Source of the DNA: a bacterium
GTDB taxonomy: Bacteria > SM23-31
Direction of reading: 5' to 3'
DNA length: 64,000 bases
Assembly (NCBI GenBank): GCA_965249485.1
Contig: OZ252239.1
Coordinates: forward strand, 1,408,001 to 1,472,000
Part shown: positions 62,082 to 64,000 of the stretch, piece by piece
Position numbering within the stretch: the stretch's first letter is position 1
How the letters are laid out: each line of letters starts with the position of its first letter
Made by a program: the position numbers and the translations under genes
The notes under the pieces: generated by a model
Told to the model about the DNA's origin: nothing
What the model saw: only the letters and a program-made list of their open reading frames with translations
Databases searched by the model: none

Positions 62082-64000
62082 ATTAAATCGTTTCCTATTG
62101 ATCTAAGCTCGTACAGTCCACTTTCGATTGACCTTTCGCAAAGCGAATTAACACCGGAACAAAAATCGCAGTTAGAATCAAATATTTCACTGCTGCGGGA
62201 CTGTATTATATTCTTCACCGCCTATTCAAATGCCCGCGGTTTGGGAGGTCATACAGGCGGTGCATTCGATATTGTACCGGAAGTTCTTATTGCCGATGCA
62301 TTTATACGCGGAGGGAACGTTGTGTATCCGGGATTCTTTGACGAGGCGGGGCACCGTGTGGCGATTCAGTATCTCATGGCTGCCCTTGATGAAAAAAACC
62401 CGGGAATGAAACCGGAAGACCTACTCCACTACCGTGAATATAAATGGGGACTACCCGGCCATCCCGAACGTGACTATAAGCGGGGTATTCAATTCAGTTC
62501 TGGCAGGCTCGGTCATCTATTCGGTTATGTGAACGGTCTCGCAGAGCAAAATCCCGATAAACAGATTGTTTTGTTCGGTTCCGACGGCGCTCAGCAGGAA
62601 GGAAACGATGCTGAATCTGCACGTTATGCTGTTGCAAACAGGCTCAATGTCAATCTCATACTGGACGATAACGATGTCACAATCGAAGGGTATCCGAGTG
62701 AATATCTAAACGGATTCGATCTCGAGAAAACACTTAGCGGGCATGGACTCGACATTGACACCGGTGATGGTGAAAACCTCGATCCCCTCTATTTACGAAT
62801 GCAGAAAGCACTGAACAAAGAAGGTCCGGTAGCCCTTATTAATAAACGGAAAATGGCTCCCGGTGTTGCAGGGCTCGAGGGGACAACAAAGGGACACGAT
62901 GCAATTGCCGCAGCAACAGCACTTGACTACCTGACGAGCAAAAACCAGACAGATGCCGTGGCGGTAATCGAATCTGCTGAAAAGGTCGGATCACCACGAA
63001 CTTTTCTCGGAAGTTCACAGGAGTATAAGAAAAACAGGTCACTATTCGGAGATTATATCAGTGACATTATCGATTCTCTCAGCCCCGAAGAGCAGAAAAA
63101 GAACCTGATTATAAGTAGCGATCTCGGCGGTTCTTGCGGCTTGAATACAATCGGCAAACGCCATCCTAAACTCTATAGGTTGGGTGGTGTTATGGAGCGG
63201 AACAGTTTTGCTACTGCCTCCGGATTTGGTTCGCAAAAAGGTTATCAGGGAATTATGGGTACATTTTCCGCATTCAGTGAAATGGTGATTTCAGAAATCA
63301 GCATGGCACGGTTGAACCACGCAAATGTAATTGCCCACTTCTCCCATGCGGGCATTGATGAAATAGTCGATAACTCCTGCCATTTTGGGATAAACGTATT
63401 CTTCACTGATAACGGATTTGCCGAAGATGATTCAACCCGGCTCTATTTTCCCGCCGATGCATATCAAATGAAGGCAGTTCTGGAGAAAGTTTTTCATGAT
63501 CCCGGACTCCGCTTCATATTTTCAACACGATCGGGCGTCCCGGGAATTCTGAATGAGGAAGGCAGCAATATCTTCGGTCAGGAAAATAATTATGATTTTG
63601 AACCCGGAAAAGATGAAATTATCCGCAAAGGAACTGCCGGGTATGTTATTTCGTATGGTGAGATGCTCTTCAGAGCGCTCGATGCAGTTGAAACTCTCCG
63701 TAAAAAGGGCATTGATGTCGGCCTTGTCAATAAACCAACTCTCAATATTGTTGATGAGGATATAATTCGGAAAGTGGGACAGACGCCGTTTGTACTGGTT
63801 GCCGAAACACAGAATATTAAAACAGGCCTCGGTAGCAAATACGGAAGTTGGCTGCTGGACCGTGGTTATTCACCAGTATATTCATATCTCGGTACTGTAA
63901 GACAGGGAGAAGGTGGTCTGGCCGAGCAGATACCGTATCAGGGTCTCGACTCACACCAGATTGCAGAAAAAGTTGAACAACTTATTGAGAAATCTCGGTA
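62082..64000 (+). CDS. Transketolase-family enzyme; the stop codon probably falls at the window edge
   Basis: Not in the ORF track. One frame at all points checked: FPIDLS, GGHTGG, GLPGHPE, SSGRLGH, SDGAQQEG, DNSCHFG, ending ...LIEKSR then TA at 63999-64000. Confidence 0.9.
   Translation, partial: MKSFPIDLSSYSPLSIDLSQSELTPEQKSQLESNISLLRDCIIFFTAYSNARGLGGHTGGAFDIVPEVLIADAFIRGGNVVYPGFFDEAGHRVAIQYLMAALDEKNPGMKPEDLLHYREYKWGLPGHPERDYKRGIQFSSGRLGHLFGYVNGLAEQNPDKQIVLFGSDGAQQEGNDAESARYAVANRLNVNLILDDNDVTIEGYPSEYLNGFDLEKTLSGHGLDIDTGDGENLDPLYLRMQKALNKEGPVALINKRKMAPGVAGLEGTTKGHDAIAAATALDYLTSKNQTDAVAVIESAEKVGSPRTFLGSSQEYKKNRSLFGDYISDIIDSLSPEEQKKNLIISSDLGGSCGLNTIGKRHPKLYRLGGVMERNSFATASGFGSQKGYQGIMGTFSAFSEMVISEISMARLNHANVIAHFSHAGIDEIVDNSCHFGINVFFTDNGFAEDDSTRLYFPADAYQMKAVLEKVFHDPGLRFIFSTRSGVPGILNEEGSNIFGQENNYDFEPGKDEIIRKGTAGYVISYGEMLFRALDAVETLRKKGIDVGLVNKPTLNIVDEDIIRKVGQTPFVLVAETQNIKTGLGSKYGSWLLDRGYSPVYSYLGTVRQGEGGLAEQIPYQGLDSHQIAEKVEQLIEKSR

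Overview
Gene-dense 64 kb bacterial chromosome segment with no rRNA, tRNA, CRISPR array, integrase or transposase that I can recognise. A C-terminal 'NYPNPFNPSTTIEY' secretion/FlgD-Ig domain and the gene content suggest an FCB-group organism such as KSB1, Latescibacterota or Calditrichota (inference only). From left to right it contains: a fucose/deoxysugar catabolic operon (GH29, mutarotase, two dehydrogenases, SSS symporter, LamG protein); an amidohydrolase, an Fe-ADH and two M24 peptidases; an RND system whose TolC is fused to an ABC-type substrate-binding domain; a porin + small binding protein + 4HB/HAMP histidine kinase triad; a 32-aa Lys-rich microprotein; PAP2; yceI with an ECF sigma/anti-sigma pair; a PAS kinase; a ~1450-aa repeat-rich secreted protein followed by a tiny PID-CTERM-like sorting-signal protein; an HTH response regulator with a degenerate HD-GYP-like partner; a peptidase-rich block; alaA-like, cysK, cysE, rhodanese and MFS genes; an alanine/glycine symporter bracketed by a diverged 82-bp duplication of the acs 3' end; acs; and a transketolase that appears to start at ATT. 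About ten otherwise intact genes carry single-base lesions (indels, in-frame TAA/TAG/TGA), most simply explained as assembly consensus errors. All calls come from motif reading by eye; no searches were run.
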